Positions 52,379 to 61,690 of a stretch of DNA of 64,000 nucleotides are shown one piece after another. The position numbers and the translations under genes are program-made. The notes below the pieces were generated by a model that was not told where the DNA came from, searched no databases, and saw only the letters and a list, made by a program, of their open reading frames with translations. The stretch covers positions 896,001-960,000 of the forward strand of contig OZ219747.1 of NCBI GenBank assembly GCA_964291265.2, given 5' to 3'. Every line of letters begins with the position of its first letter. Positions within the stretch are counted from its first letter, which is position 1. The stretch comes from Alphaproteobacteria bacterium. GTDB lineage: Bacteria; Pseudomonadota; Alphaproteobacteria; SP197.

Positions 52379-53043
52379 GACGACGCCTCCACCGCCATGA
52401 CTGCCGCCAGCACGGCGAGCCGCTCGCCTTCGGGCATCGTCCGGTAGCGCCGCGCCCAGCTCTCTGCGAGGCGCTTGATGCGCTGGCGGTCGATCGAGTT
52501 CCTGCCCGCACACGTATGCCAGTGCGGTCGGCCCGGTGCGAAGTTGAACCACAGCTTCTCGGTGACAACGCAGGCCTGGTTGTTGACCTGGACCTCGGCC
52601 GAGCGCCAGCCGGCGAGGTGCGTGTCGTAGAGCCGCGAGGGATAGCCGGAGATCATCACCTGGCAGGGCAGCGACGTCAGGATGTCGAGGAGCGCAACAT
52701 GGTCATCGTCCGTGCAGTCGAAGCGGTAGCGGCGCTGCGACCGGCGCGTCGACTGCACGTAAGGCGGGTCGCAGTAGACCAGCTCGCGGCCCTGGAAGGC
52801 GAAGGTCTCGAGAAAACGCAGGGCGCAGCCTTGGTGAAGCTCCACCGGATAGTCACAGCGGAAGGTGTCGATCGCCCGGCGGTTGAGGTCAATGCCGATG
52901 CTGCGTAGCGCCGGAGGCTTGCGCTTCATGATCGCGCCGCCCCCAAGGAACGCCTCGATGTACACGTCATGCGGCGGCATGGCCGCGACAATCGCCTGGC
53001 TCAGACCCGTCGTCGCCTTCGATCCATACCATGCCGCCATCAA
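52366..53043 (-). CDS. Compact D12/Dam-class adenine methyltransferase
   Basis: YGSK, YIEAFLGGG, IGIDLN, YCDPPY, MISGY, TEKLWFNF, plus basic helical tail overlapping the tnpC start. Confidence 0.88.
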   Translation of the reverse strand: MMAAWYGSKATTGLSQAIVAAMPPHDVYIEAFLGGGAIMKRKPPALRSIGIDLNRRAIDTFRCDYPVELHQGCALRFLETFAFQGRELVYCDPPYVQSTRRSQRRYRFDCTDDDHVALLDILTSLPCQVMISGYPSRLYDTHLAGWRSAEVQVNNQACVVTEKLWFNFAPGRPHWHTCAGRNSIDRQRIKRLAESWARRYRTMPEGERLAVLAAVMAVEASSWRA

Positions 53044-53074
53044 TATCTCCGACGCAATCCGCCCCGATGGCCTG

Positions 53075-53103
53075 CATGTAGAGCGCCCCTCCTACAATGT
53101 CAA
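53075..53103 (-). promoter_or_regulatory. Putative sigma70 promoter of the IS66 methyltransferase with an inverted repeat in the spacer
   Basis: TTGACA-17-TACATG; GTAG-N10-CTAC at 53078-53095. Confidence 0.45.
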
Positions 53104-53383
53104 GCGCATATCTCCAGAGGATTGGAAAGGCAGCCAACGGAACACGCTCCACCGGACAGAACGGTTGACACGCAACCTCGGCGCGGGGTGCCGGATCACG
53201 TCGCAGCCCCCTCCCCATAAGGCCGGAACGTGGAGCTGAAGCCGAAGATCGATCCGCTTCTTGTCAGTCGGAACACGCACATCCGATCATCGGCAGCGAG
53301 CCAGTGAAGGCGGCAAGAGAAAATGCCGGATCCGAACTCGTCAGGAAAAACCATTCGTCATCAGTAGGGGGGTGAGTAGTTAC

Positions 53384-54139
53384 AAGGAATCTTCACAAGG
53401 GCACGACCAGAATAATCGCTCCACAGCACACCATCAAAGCCGCACAAACTTGGTTGATTAAGAACAATCTGATACAGCATCTCCCGCACTTCAGAACACT
53501 CAACAGGGGGATAGCAGTTCAACAACAGCAACCACCGTTCAACGAAGTTTCCGTCCTCCCAAGGGAACTTCTTGCACTTGGTCTCCAAAGCTCGTTCCAA
53601 CATGCTTGAAGTCGCCGAGAGGATCTCCGATACTCCAGGGCTGGTGTAAATTTTCCAGGAACATTCTGGACCACCTGGTTTGAGCATAATGCCAGGACGC
53701 TTCAGCGTTTTATCACCATTTCTTTCAATATGTTGGCAAACAAGTGCCCTCGTTTTAGTCTTCCATTTTTATCGAAAAGTACTGCATTTTGATTCAGGGG
53801 ATCATCTGGCTCAGGCCCGAGAAGGCCGAGAAATAAGATGTAGTCACGCGTACGCTGATTGCGTGTTATTCTATCAAGTTCTTCCCCGTATTGGCGAAGC
53901 GGAACAATCAAGTCTTTTGATGACATGATCTTTTCTTTATTATAACCCATGGCCTCTTGGTAAACCCTGGTTACCTCAACACCCCATCGATCACCATTTT
54001 TCATTTTTACCACAATATCCGGTGGATCATTCGGGTGCACTCGCACTTGAAATCCGGACAATTCTTGGGCCTCCAGGTATTTGCGCAACAACTCGCAGGA
54101 AAATTCTTCGTCCGAAATACCTTCTTCTTCGTCCGACAT
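53384..54139 (-). pseudogene. PD-(D/E)XK-like hypothetical nuclease, frameshifted, 3' tip displaced by IS66
   Basis: NDPPDIVV..WGVEVTR; low GC; ORFs 53702-54139 and 53361-53687; last codons (IPFPRD*) at 50870-50891. Confidence 0.55.
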
Positions 54140-54509
54140 ACCTTCGTATCCTCCTCGTAATTAGTAACCCTTGCTCTCCGACAATCCATGCCACGGCACT
54201 CTGGTAGGATCAACCGGTTGTCACCACTTCCATACCATGAAGACTTGCCTTTGGTCAATAGGATGCGATGAATAGTGTTCAAGCAAGGAGAATTTCATCC
54301 AACGTGACGTTCTTCCGCTCTGCCAGAATACAGGCCAAGTGACGTAGTGCCCGTGTCGTCGACACTTTGAAGTGGGTGCGGGTCTCGTACAGGATAATGT
54401 GTTTTTCGGTAATGCCCTTGTGTCTTGCAATGTTCGCAGTTTGTTAGGAATCCACCCACCTTTTTTCGTGCACCCCGCCGGTTGGCGCCTGACGATCCGA
54501 CAACACGGT

Positions 54510-54622
54510 TTCCGTCGTGCTCTGTGCGCTTCAGTTTCGGTCGATACTCGACAGACACGGAAATCGAGCAAGAAGCTGACATGGCCCTCGGGGTGCTCGA
54601 GTCCCTGGCAGACCGGACTTGA
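54510..54622 (+). pseudogene. 3' remnant of a cysteine desulfurase (IscS/DndA-like)
   Basis: CSVRFSFGRYSTDTEIEQEADMALGVLESLADRT*. Confidence 0.6.
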
Positions 54623-54644
54623 CGATGGCGCAGCCCCATGACTG

Positions 54645-55781
54645 TCAGGCAGTCGCGTCCAACCCGAGCATGTCCGAGATTGCCGTTGCGATCCGCTCGG
54701 CAGCGGCTTCGGTTTCCCGGTCGCCCGTGTGGGCGTAGCGCAGGGTCATGGTCGTCTGCGCGTGACCGAGGAGCCTTGCGACGACGGGAAGCGGCGTTCC
54801 CTGCATGACGGCATGGCTGGCGAATGTATGGCGCAGATCATGGAGCCTGACATCCTCGATGCCGGCCTCCCTGCGGACGACGTACCACAGTGGGAGATCG
54901 TCGTTGAGCGGCCGTCCGGGATCGCGGGGGGACGGGAAGACGAATGCGCTGTCGCCGGGAAGACGGCGCTCGATGATGGCCTGGGCCGGGGCATTCAGGA
55001 CGACCGTGCGCGGACCGACCTTGCTGTTCCGGAGCCGGAGACTGTTGCCGAGCACCTCCTGCTTCTGCAGGCGGACGATCTCGTTCTTGCGACACCCGGT
55101 AAGCATGAGAAGCCGGATGATGTCGATCTGCATTCGCCGTGATCGACTGATCCCCTGGAGATTGTCGTGGCGGTCCAGCACGTCATGCAGCCGATGAAGT
55201 TCCTCGCGCGAGAGGAAGCGGGTGAGTTTCCTGCGCGGGTTGGGTTTCACCGACCTTGCCGGGTTCGCTGTGATGTGGCCGCAGGCCATGGCGTGATTGA
55301 GGATGTGTCGAAGGACCTTCAGGCATGAATTGGCCCCGCCGGGCGCCGTTCTGCTGTAGTCGTCGAACCAGCGGTGCACCATGGCGGGCGTGATCTGGTC
55401 CAGGCATCGGGAACCGAATGTCGGCAACAGGCGGGCTTGAAGGCACCTGTCGCGCCACTGGATCGTTCCGGGCTTGCACCGACGGACCCAGGAATCGCGC
55501 CATGCGACAGCAAAGTCCCTGAACAACGGGACCGAAGCCCTGTCGTCGTGACCGGCTGCCAGTCTTTCGAGGCTCTCCTTGCGGGCCACCTTGACCGTCT
55601 TGAAGGCGACCGGACCAAGCGATGTCCTTCTTCCGCCGTCGATGTGAACGAAGCCGCGGCCTCCCGACGGGTGGACCCGAACCCCGAGAGAGGGAACGAA
55701 GGTATCGCGAAGCGTGTACTCCCGGGATCGCGGCTTGAGGTTGCGCACGAGGGTATCTGTCAGCTTCTTCCTGCGGTTCAT
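54645..55781 (-). CDS. Tyrosine recombinase/integrase B (copy 2)
   Basis: Near-identical to 23054-24193. Confidence 0.92.
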   Translation of the reverse strand: MNRRKKLTDTLVRNLKPRSREYTLRDTFVPSLGVRVHPSGGRGFVHIDGGRRTSLGPVAFKTVKVARKESLERLAAGHDDRASVPLFRDFAVAWRDSWVRRCKPGTIQWRDRCLQARLLPTFGSRCLDQITPAMVHRWFDDYSRTAPGGANSCLKVLRHILNHAMACGHITANPARSVKPNPRRKLTRFLSREELHRLHDVLDRHDNLQGISRSRRMQIDIIRLLMLTGCRKNEIVRLQKQEVLGNSLRLRNSKVGPRTVVLNAPAQAIIERRLPGDSAFVFPSPRDPGRPLNDDLPLWYVVRREAGIEDVRLHDLRHTFASHAVMQGTPLPVVARLLGHAQTTMTLRYAHTGDRETEAAAERIATAISDMLGLDATA

Positions 55782-56905
55782 GCATCAGTCCTTCCGAGAA
55801 CGGAGCCCACGGCCTCTGCCGCTTCGGCCATCATGCCGTCGGCGAGATGCGTGTACTTGAGAGTGGTGGCGGGATCGTTGTGACCGAGCAGTCGACCGAC
55901 GGTGAGAATGTTCTCTCCGTGCATGACGGCAAGGGAGGCGTAGGTGTGACGCAGGTCGTGAAGGCGCACATCCTCCAGGCCCGCTTCGGAGCGCACACGC
56001 ATCCAGAAGTATCCGATGGCGCCTTGCGAGATGGACCTGGCTGTGGTCCTTGGCGATGGAAACATCCAAGGCGAACGACGAGGCAACGTTGTCAGGATCT
56101 TCCGGGCGGGAGCCGACAGCCAGACCATGCGTGGCCCCGTCTTGGAATCCGCGAGATGGAGATGGCCCTCGCGGTAGTCCGCCCAGCGCAGCGACAGGAT
56201 CTCCTGGCTTCGGCACCCGGTGAGGAGCAGGAGGCGGATGATCGCCACCTGTGCCGGAAAGTGCGCTTCATGGTCCTGCAGCACGCGCCCGAGCCGGCGG
56301 ACCTCCTCCACGCAACAGAAGCGCTCCCGTCCCTGCCGTCGATAGCGCCTGATGCCCCGGCACGGATTGCTGCCTTCAGGCCGGTATCCGTAGTCCTCGG
56401 CACGGGCCATGATGACCGAGAGAACCGGCGCCGACCGGTCGGCTGCGACCGGCGTCGCGTACAGGGAGGCGAACCACTCCTGAACGTCACCGCGCACGAT
56501 CTCCGCGATCTGGCGTCCACGGAACCACGGCAGGATCTGATTGCGGTAGTAGTTCCGGTTGACCTCGAGTGTGCTGGACTTCCATGTTCGCCCGTACCGG
56601 CGAAAGACCTCCTCGGCGACCGTTTCGAACAGGGTTTCGTCGGATGAAGCGGGAGCGTCGCTTCTGATGGCGGTCAGCATGGCTTGTGCGCGTTGTCTGG
56701 CCTCGGCGAGACCGATCCCGGCAGCGTCACCGACGATCTTCCAGATCCTCTGTCCATCATGCTGGGTATGGATGAAGTAGCGCTTGCGCCCCGATGGGTA
56801 GACACGGATGCCGAATCCCTTGAGATGGGCGTCACGGGTGTCCCGGGCAGCCCTGCGCGGACGAAGGGCCTTGATGCGGCTCTCGGTGAGATGTTTTGCA
56901 GCCAT
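55778..56905 (-). CDS. Tyrosine recombinase/integrase A (copy 2)
   Basis: Near-identical to 21930-23057. Confidence 0.92.
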   Translation of the reverse strand: MAAKHLTESRIKALRPRRAARDTRDAHLKGFGIRVYPSGRKRYFIHTQHDGQRIWKIVGDAAGIGLAEARQRAQAMLTAIRSDAPASSDETLFETVAEEVFRRYGRTWKSSTLEVNRNYYRNQILPWFRGRQIAEIVRGDVQEWFASLYATPVAADRSAPVLSVIMARAEDYGYRPEGSNPCRGIRRYRRQGRERFCCVEEVRRLGRVLQDHEAHFPAQVAIIRLLLLTGCRSQEILSLRWADYREGHLHLADSKTGPRMVWLSAPARKILTTLPRRSPWMFPSPRTTARSISQGAIGYFWMRVRSEAGLEDVRLHDLRHTYASLAVMHGENILTVGRLLGHNDPATTLKYTHLADGMMAEAAEAVGSVLGRTDA

Positions 56906-57035
56906 GGAGTCTCCCTCGAATGCGAGTTGCAGGAACGGGAGATTCCGTTCGCGCAATCGCCCGCAGTTGCAGGATCGAGAGAGAAAATACAGCGTTAGTT
57001 CAGTTGTTTAGCACCACAGGTGCGTCCCGCGGTGT

Positions 57036-58704
57036 CGGAGAACCCATGCACGTCCGCACGCCTTCTGTTGGGACCCTGGGAGGTCTTCGAACTATCCCGC
57101 CTGTCGTGGCGGGACCGTGTAGGGAAAGGAGAAAGCCGAAGCCTATGAGGAACGGTTTGAAGAAGTCGGATGGGGCCGTAAGACCGGTGAAGGCGGCGAA
57201 CAAGGGAGCGTCAGCTTCTGCGGAGTCGCTGGAGGAAAGGGCCTCAACCAAGGGGAATCCGGGACGCCAAAGCACGCACCGAACGCAGTGTCGGGCAAGT
57301 GTGCCACAGGCGGCGGACCGGATACGGGAAGCTGCAGAGAGGAACCCGAAGGAGCGTCTCACTGCACTCTTCCATCACATTACGCCGGACGCGCTCCGGG
57401 CGGCCTACTTCGGTTTGAAGAAGGAAGCCTCGGCAGGTGTCGACGGCGTGACGTGGGCGGCGTATGGCGAGGGTCTGGACGAGCGCTTGCTTGATCTGCA
57501 CTCGCGCCTGCATCGTGGGGGAGCGTACCGGGCGCCGCCGGTTCGGCGGGTTGAGATACCCAAGCCGGACGGCGGGACACGACCGCTCGGGATTGCCGCA
57601 CTGGAGGACAAGATCGTCCAGAAGGCGGTTGTGGATGTGATCCTGACACCGATTTATGAGGTGGAGTTCCTTGGCTTCAGCTACGGGTTCCGACCGGGCC
57701 GAGGGGCGCATGACGCTCTCGACGCCCTGGCGTTCGGGATCGAGCGGCGCAAGGTCAACTGGATAGTCGACGCGGACATTCAGGGGTACTTCGACACAAT
57801 CCCGAGGGATTGGTTGATCAAGTTCCTGGAGCATCGCATTGGCGACAGGCGGGTGATCCGTCTGATCCGCAAGTGGCTGAACGCTGGCGTCATGACCGAC
57901 GGATCATGGAGCGACACCGGTGCGGGCACGCCTCAGGGCGCCATTGTCAGCCCCTGCCTGGCGAACGTGTTTCTGCACTACGTGCTCGATCTGTGGTTTC
58001 ACAAGGCATGGCGTCCGAAGGTTCCGAACGGTAAAGCGATCATTGTCCGCTACGCGGACGATATTGTGGTCGGGTTCCAGCATAAGCGGGATGCGGAGAC
58101 ATACCTTCGCGACGTTCGGGAGAGGCTGGACCGCTTTGGTCTCACCCTTCACCCGGACAAGACCCGTCTCGTTGAGTTTGGACGGTTTGCCAAGGCGAAC
58201 CGGCGATCTCGCGGGGCGGGCAGGCCGGAGACGTTCGACTTCCTGGGCTTCACGCACTTCTGCACGGAGACCCGGAGAGGACGCTTCAGGCTTGGTCGCA
58301 AGCCGGTCGCAAAACGGGTCGCAAGGACCCTGGCGCGCATCGAGGAGGTGCTTCGCAATCGACGGCATCACGACATATGGGAGGTCGGCATGTGGCTTGG
58401 GCGAGTTGTCAATGGCTGGTCCAACTACTTCGCCGTTCCGGGGTCGACCCGATGGCTGCGCACGTTCCGCCAAAGGCTGCAACGCCTATGGCTGCGAGCG
58501 ATCCGCCGCCGCTCCCAGCGCCACTGCTTTGACTGGAAGCGATTGGAGCGCATGACCGAGCTTCTTTGGCCGCGCGTCTCCATCCGCCACCCATGGCCGG
58601 ACCAGCGGTTTACCGTCAAGCACCCGAGGTAGGAGCCGGATGGATTAACGTCCATGTCCGGATCTGTGCGGGGGGTGCGCAGCAATGCGCATCCCTACCG
58701 CGAC
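57036..58704 (+). ncRNA. Group II intron 3' part (end of domain I through domain VI)
   Basis: Domain V GAGCCGGATGGATTAACGTCCATGTCCGGATC, domain VI ending CCCTACCGCGAC, followed by exon CCAGCTGGTCTCGTC. Confidence 0.92.
57145..58632 (+). CDS. ltrA: Group II intron reverse transcriptase/maturase without endonuclease domain (class E-like)
   Basis: AGVDG, IPKPDGGTRPLGI, YGFRPGR, GTPQG, YADD, FDFLGF, domain X; start uncertain. Confidence 0.93.
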   Translation: MRNGLKKSDGAVRPVKAANKGASASAESLEERASTKGNPGRQSTHRTQCRASVPQAADRIREAAERNPKERLTALFHHITPDALRAAYFGLKKEASAGVDGVTWAAYGEGLDERLLDLHSRLHRGGAYRAPPVRRVEIPKPDGGTRPLGIAALEDKIVQKAVVDVILTPIYEVEFLGFSYGFRPGRGAHDALDALAFGIERRKVNWIVDADIQGYFDTIPRDWLIKFLEHRIGDRRVIRLIRKWLNAGVMTDGSWSDTGAGTPQGAIVSPCLANVFLHYVLDLWFHKAWRPKVPNGKAIIVRYADDIVVGFQHKRDAETYLRDVRERLDRFGLTLHPDKTRLVEFGRFAKANRRSRGAGRPETFDFLGFTHFCTETRRGRFRLGRKPVAKRVARTLARIEEVLRNRRHHDIWEVGMWLGRVVNGWSNYFAVPGSTRWLRTFRQRLQRLWLRAIRRRSQRHCFDWKRLERMTELLWPRVSIRHPWPDQRFTVKHPR

Positions 58705-59673
58705 CCAGCTGGTCTCGTCGCCGTGGCGCACCGTCAGCCGGTTCTGATGATCGAGGATGGCCTGAGCGAGAGGCGCGAACATCGGCGTCATCTTCTTCAT
58801 GCCGCCAGCGATCGTTCCCGGCGCCATCGGCAGTCCCTGGTCTTCCAGCCATCGCGAGACCCGGCGCAGGGGACGCAAGCAGGCGAAGCGCTCATAGAGC
58901 ACGCATTCCCAGACACTGATGCCGAAGGGGGTATTCGCAAGCAAGCGCAAAGGTGGCGGCGCGATGATCTCCGCAGGCGCCGACGAACACTGACAACCAC
59001 GGCGCCAACGCCCACGTTCAATCCGCCGGATATGAGCCTTGACATGGACCTCCATGATCGAGGTCTCGTGGCTGCCGTTGGCCACATAGGGCTCGCCGCA
59101 ACACGGGCACGTGCGCTGCGATGCCGGTGGATCATGGCGCTCGTGCTTCTCCTCGAGCTTCGGACGCGGGGTGCGCCCGTGGCCGCTCTTGCCAGGTTGC
59201 TGACCCCGCTTGTTCCCTGTGCCTGCCTTCTTCTTCCGCTTCTCGCTCTTCGACCCGAAGCGCGCCTTCGCGTGCTTTTCACGCGTCTCGCGCAGCTTCG
59301 ACAGCTCGTTCTCCTGTTCAGCGTTCTTACGCTTCAGAGCGTTCCTTTCCCGCTCCAGCGCCTCCGCCAGGTCCTGTACCCGCTTCACCTCCCGGCGAGC
59401 CTTCTTGAGCTGATCACGAGTGCGGTCGAGATGAAACTTGAATGTGCCCGCACGGGCACGGGCAGAATTCTTCGCACGGCGCAGGTCACGCATGCTCGCT
59501 TCCGCCGCATCCGCACGAACCCGCTCCGCCTCATAGAGCGCACGCCAGTCAGGCGCCTCGCATGACAAGGCCGCTGACGCCCGACATAGGCCGTCACCAC
59601 CTCCCGTCAGCTGCTGTGTCGCTCCGCGCGTCTCGGCAAAAGTCTTCATGGCCTCGACCATAATCGAGACCAA
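58705..59673 (-). pseudogene. tnpC: IS66 tnpC 5' half
   Basis: Near-identical to 31566-32535; ends at HGDETSW. Confidence 0.92.
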
Positions 59674-60023
59674 ACGAGTTTACCAGCTCTTTCTCAGACG
59701 ATAGTCAGCAAGACCCAAACCAACCAAAATCAGCCATCACCGCACGGCCGAACGCTTACAGAAGATCAGGATGACAAAGGTCAAGATCAAGGTGTCCGGA
59801 TGTTTCCGCACCATGCCCCACGCCAAAGCATGGTGCCGAGGCTCAAGCTACCTCACCACCATGGACGCACTCGGCTACAACCCTCACGTCGCCATCCACA
59901 TCGCCCTCGACGGAAAGGCCGTAGACATCCTCAACCAGCACTACGGACAACCAGACCCCAACAAGGGGTGAGTAGATACATTTGAGACTGGTAACGCGAT
60001 CTGACATGCGCTAGCTTCCGCGC

Positions 60024-61690
60024 ATGACGAATCGCGGACACGCCGTTCGGGCGCACCTGTCGTTGGTCGAAGGACCGGATGGTCCATCGTCTGTTCCTCC
60101 TGACACAGAGCCTTGCGAGGCGCCGGATTGGCCGTCGCTGCTTGAACGTGAGCGCGCTCGGGCCGAAGCGGCCGAAGCGCGCGTAGAAGAGCTGCGGCTG
60201 GCGGAAATCGATGCCCGTTCCCGGGCCGGCAGCCTGCAGTGGCAGCTCGACGCGAGCCGGACCAGGTTGAAGGCGGCCGTCGAGGAGACGAAGCAGGTCC
60301 GCCGCACGGCGAAGGACGCCCTCTCCCTGGAGACCGAGGTCGCCCGTCTGACGAAGTTGCTTGCCGAGGCCGGCGTCGAGACCGGCAAGCGAGGTTCGGC
60401 CATCTCCCTGCGCCAGGACGTCCGCCGGCTGCGCAGGGACATCGATGCGCTGCGCGAGGAAAACAAGCGGCTGGGCAAGGAGGCCGCCCGGCTGGGCAGG
60501 GCGGAACGGAAGACCGAAACCCTGACGGCGACGGTCGCGTTGCTCCGCGAAGAGAACGCCGGATTGCGCAAGGCGGCACGGGCGGCGGAGGCCGGGAAGG
60601 CCACCATCGCAACGCTGCGCGACAAGAACACCGCGCTGCGGCTGCTTCGCAGGGCACAGACCGCGCTGGAGAAGGAGCTGGGGACGCTTCGCAACGCGCA
60701 GGCTGCCAAGCACATCATCGCGTCGGTAAGCGAGGAGAACGCCCGGCTTCGCACCGAGGCCCGGGACCTGAGGGCGGAAAGAACCGAGCTCGCCTCCCGC
60801 GTCGAGACGCTGGAGAAAACGGTTGCCGAGCTTCGCGCGACCCGCGCCGTCCTGTCGAAGGCGCTGTTCGGCAGCAAGAGCGAGCAGCAGGAGAAGCCGC
60901 GATCCAGACGTCAGCGCGGCCAGCAGCCCGGCGCCGCCGGCCATGGCCGGACCGACCGGCCCGAACTCGAGGAACGCACGGAAGAGCGCAATCCGCCGGC
61001 CGATGCCTGCGTCTGCGGAGAGTGCGGGCAGCCCTATGTGCAGAATGGCGCCGAGGAATCCACCCTCCTTGAGATCGAAGTCTGCGCCCACAAGCGCGTC
61101 ATCCGCCGCCCGCGCTGGCGCCGGACCTGCCAATGCGCGTCCTCGCCCAAGGAGGTGTCGGCGCCCCCGGCGCCGCGCCTGTTCCCCAGAACCCCCTACG
61201 GAACCACCGTGTGGGCGCGCTTCCTGTTCGAGCGCTACGCCTGCCTGCGGCCCATGAACCGGGTCGCGGTATGGCTGTCGGACCAGGGATTGCCGATCGC
61301 GGCCGGGACCCTGGGAGACAGCGTGCATCGCTTCGTGCCGCTGTTCGACCCGGTGACGCAGGCAATCATCGACCACCAGAACGAGGCCGCCGTGCGCCAT
61401 GGCGACGAGACGGGCTGGCGCATCCAGTCGCTGAGCGAGGCAGGCCGCTCCACCCGCGCCTGGCTGTGGACCTCGGTCAGCGCGGACGCGGTCTACTTCC
61501 ACATCGATCCCTCGCGCAGCGCCGAGGTCGCGAAGACGCTGTTCGGCGACGCCGGTTGCACCCTGTTCCTGGTCTGCGACCGCCACAGCGCCTACAAGAA
61601 GATGGCGCGCGAACTCGACGGCGCGGTCGTCCTCGCTTTGTGCTGGGTGCATCAGCGCCGCGACTTCATCAAGTGCGCCGCCGGCCATGT
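60024..61690 (+). pseudogene. tnpC: Third IS66 transposase type with long coiled coil, 3' truncated
   Basis: LFGSKSEQ, CGEC, HGDETGW, VCDRH, CWVHQRR, then fused to ISKra4 sequence; end GTAAC at 59991. Confidence 0.88.

Larger units (their letters stand above)
50892..53383 (-). mobile_element. Complete IS66 family element encoding a methyltransferase plus transposase
   Basis: TIRs GTAACTACTCACCCC / GCAACTACTCACCCC; TSD AAGGAAT(T/C) at 50884-50891 and 53384-53391. Confidence 0.92.
40305..57035 (-). mobile_element. Integrative mobilisable element: tandem tyrosine recombinases, MobF relaxase, RHH trio, RM cargo
   Basis: Bounded by direct repeat CCCGCGGTGT (40295-40304, 57026-57035); removal rejoins the intron. 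Confidence 0.85.
38847..59759 (-). mobile_element. DUF4338-type IS66, second copy, split by a group II intron
   Basis: TIRs GTAAGCGTTCGG at 38847 and 59759; TSD AGAAGATC at 38839-38846 and 59760-59767. Confidence 0.93.
37436..59979 (+). mobile_element. Methyltransferase-type IS66 (left end lost) split by a 20.9-kb nested insertion
   Basis: MTase tail 37436-37593; tnpC 37582-38846 resumes at 59760-59971; right end GGGGTGAGTAGATAC; near-identical to 50892-52525. Confidence 0.9.

Noticed and set aside
56896-57144. N-terminal extension of the RT in the ORF track
   Set aside because: It crosses the integrative element boundary and intron RNA; a chance open frame
57145-58632. RT as a retron, DGR or defence RT
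   Set aside because: It has domain X, flanking domains V/VI and exact exon junctions of a group II intron
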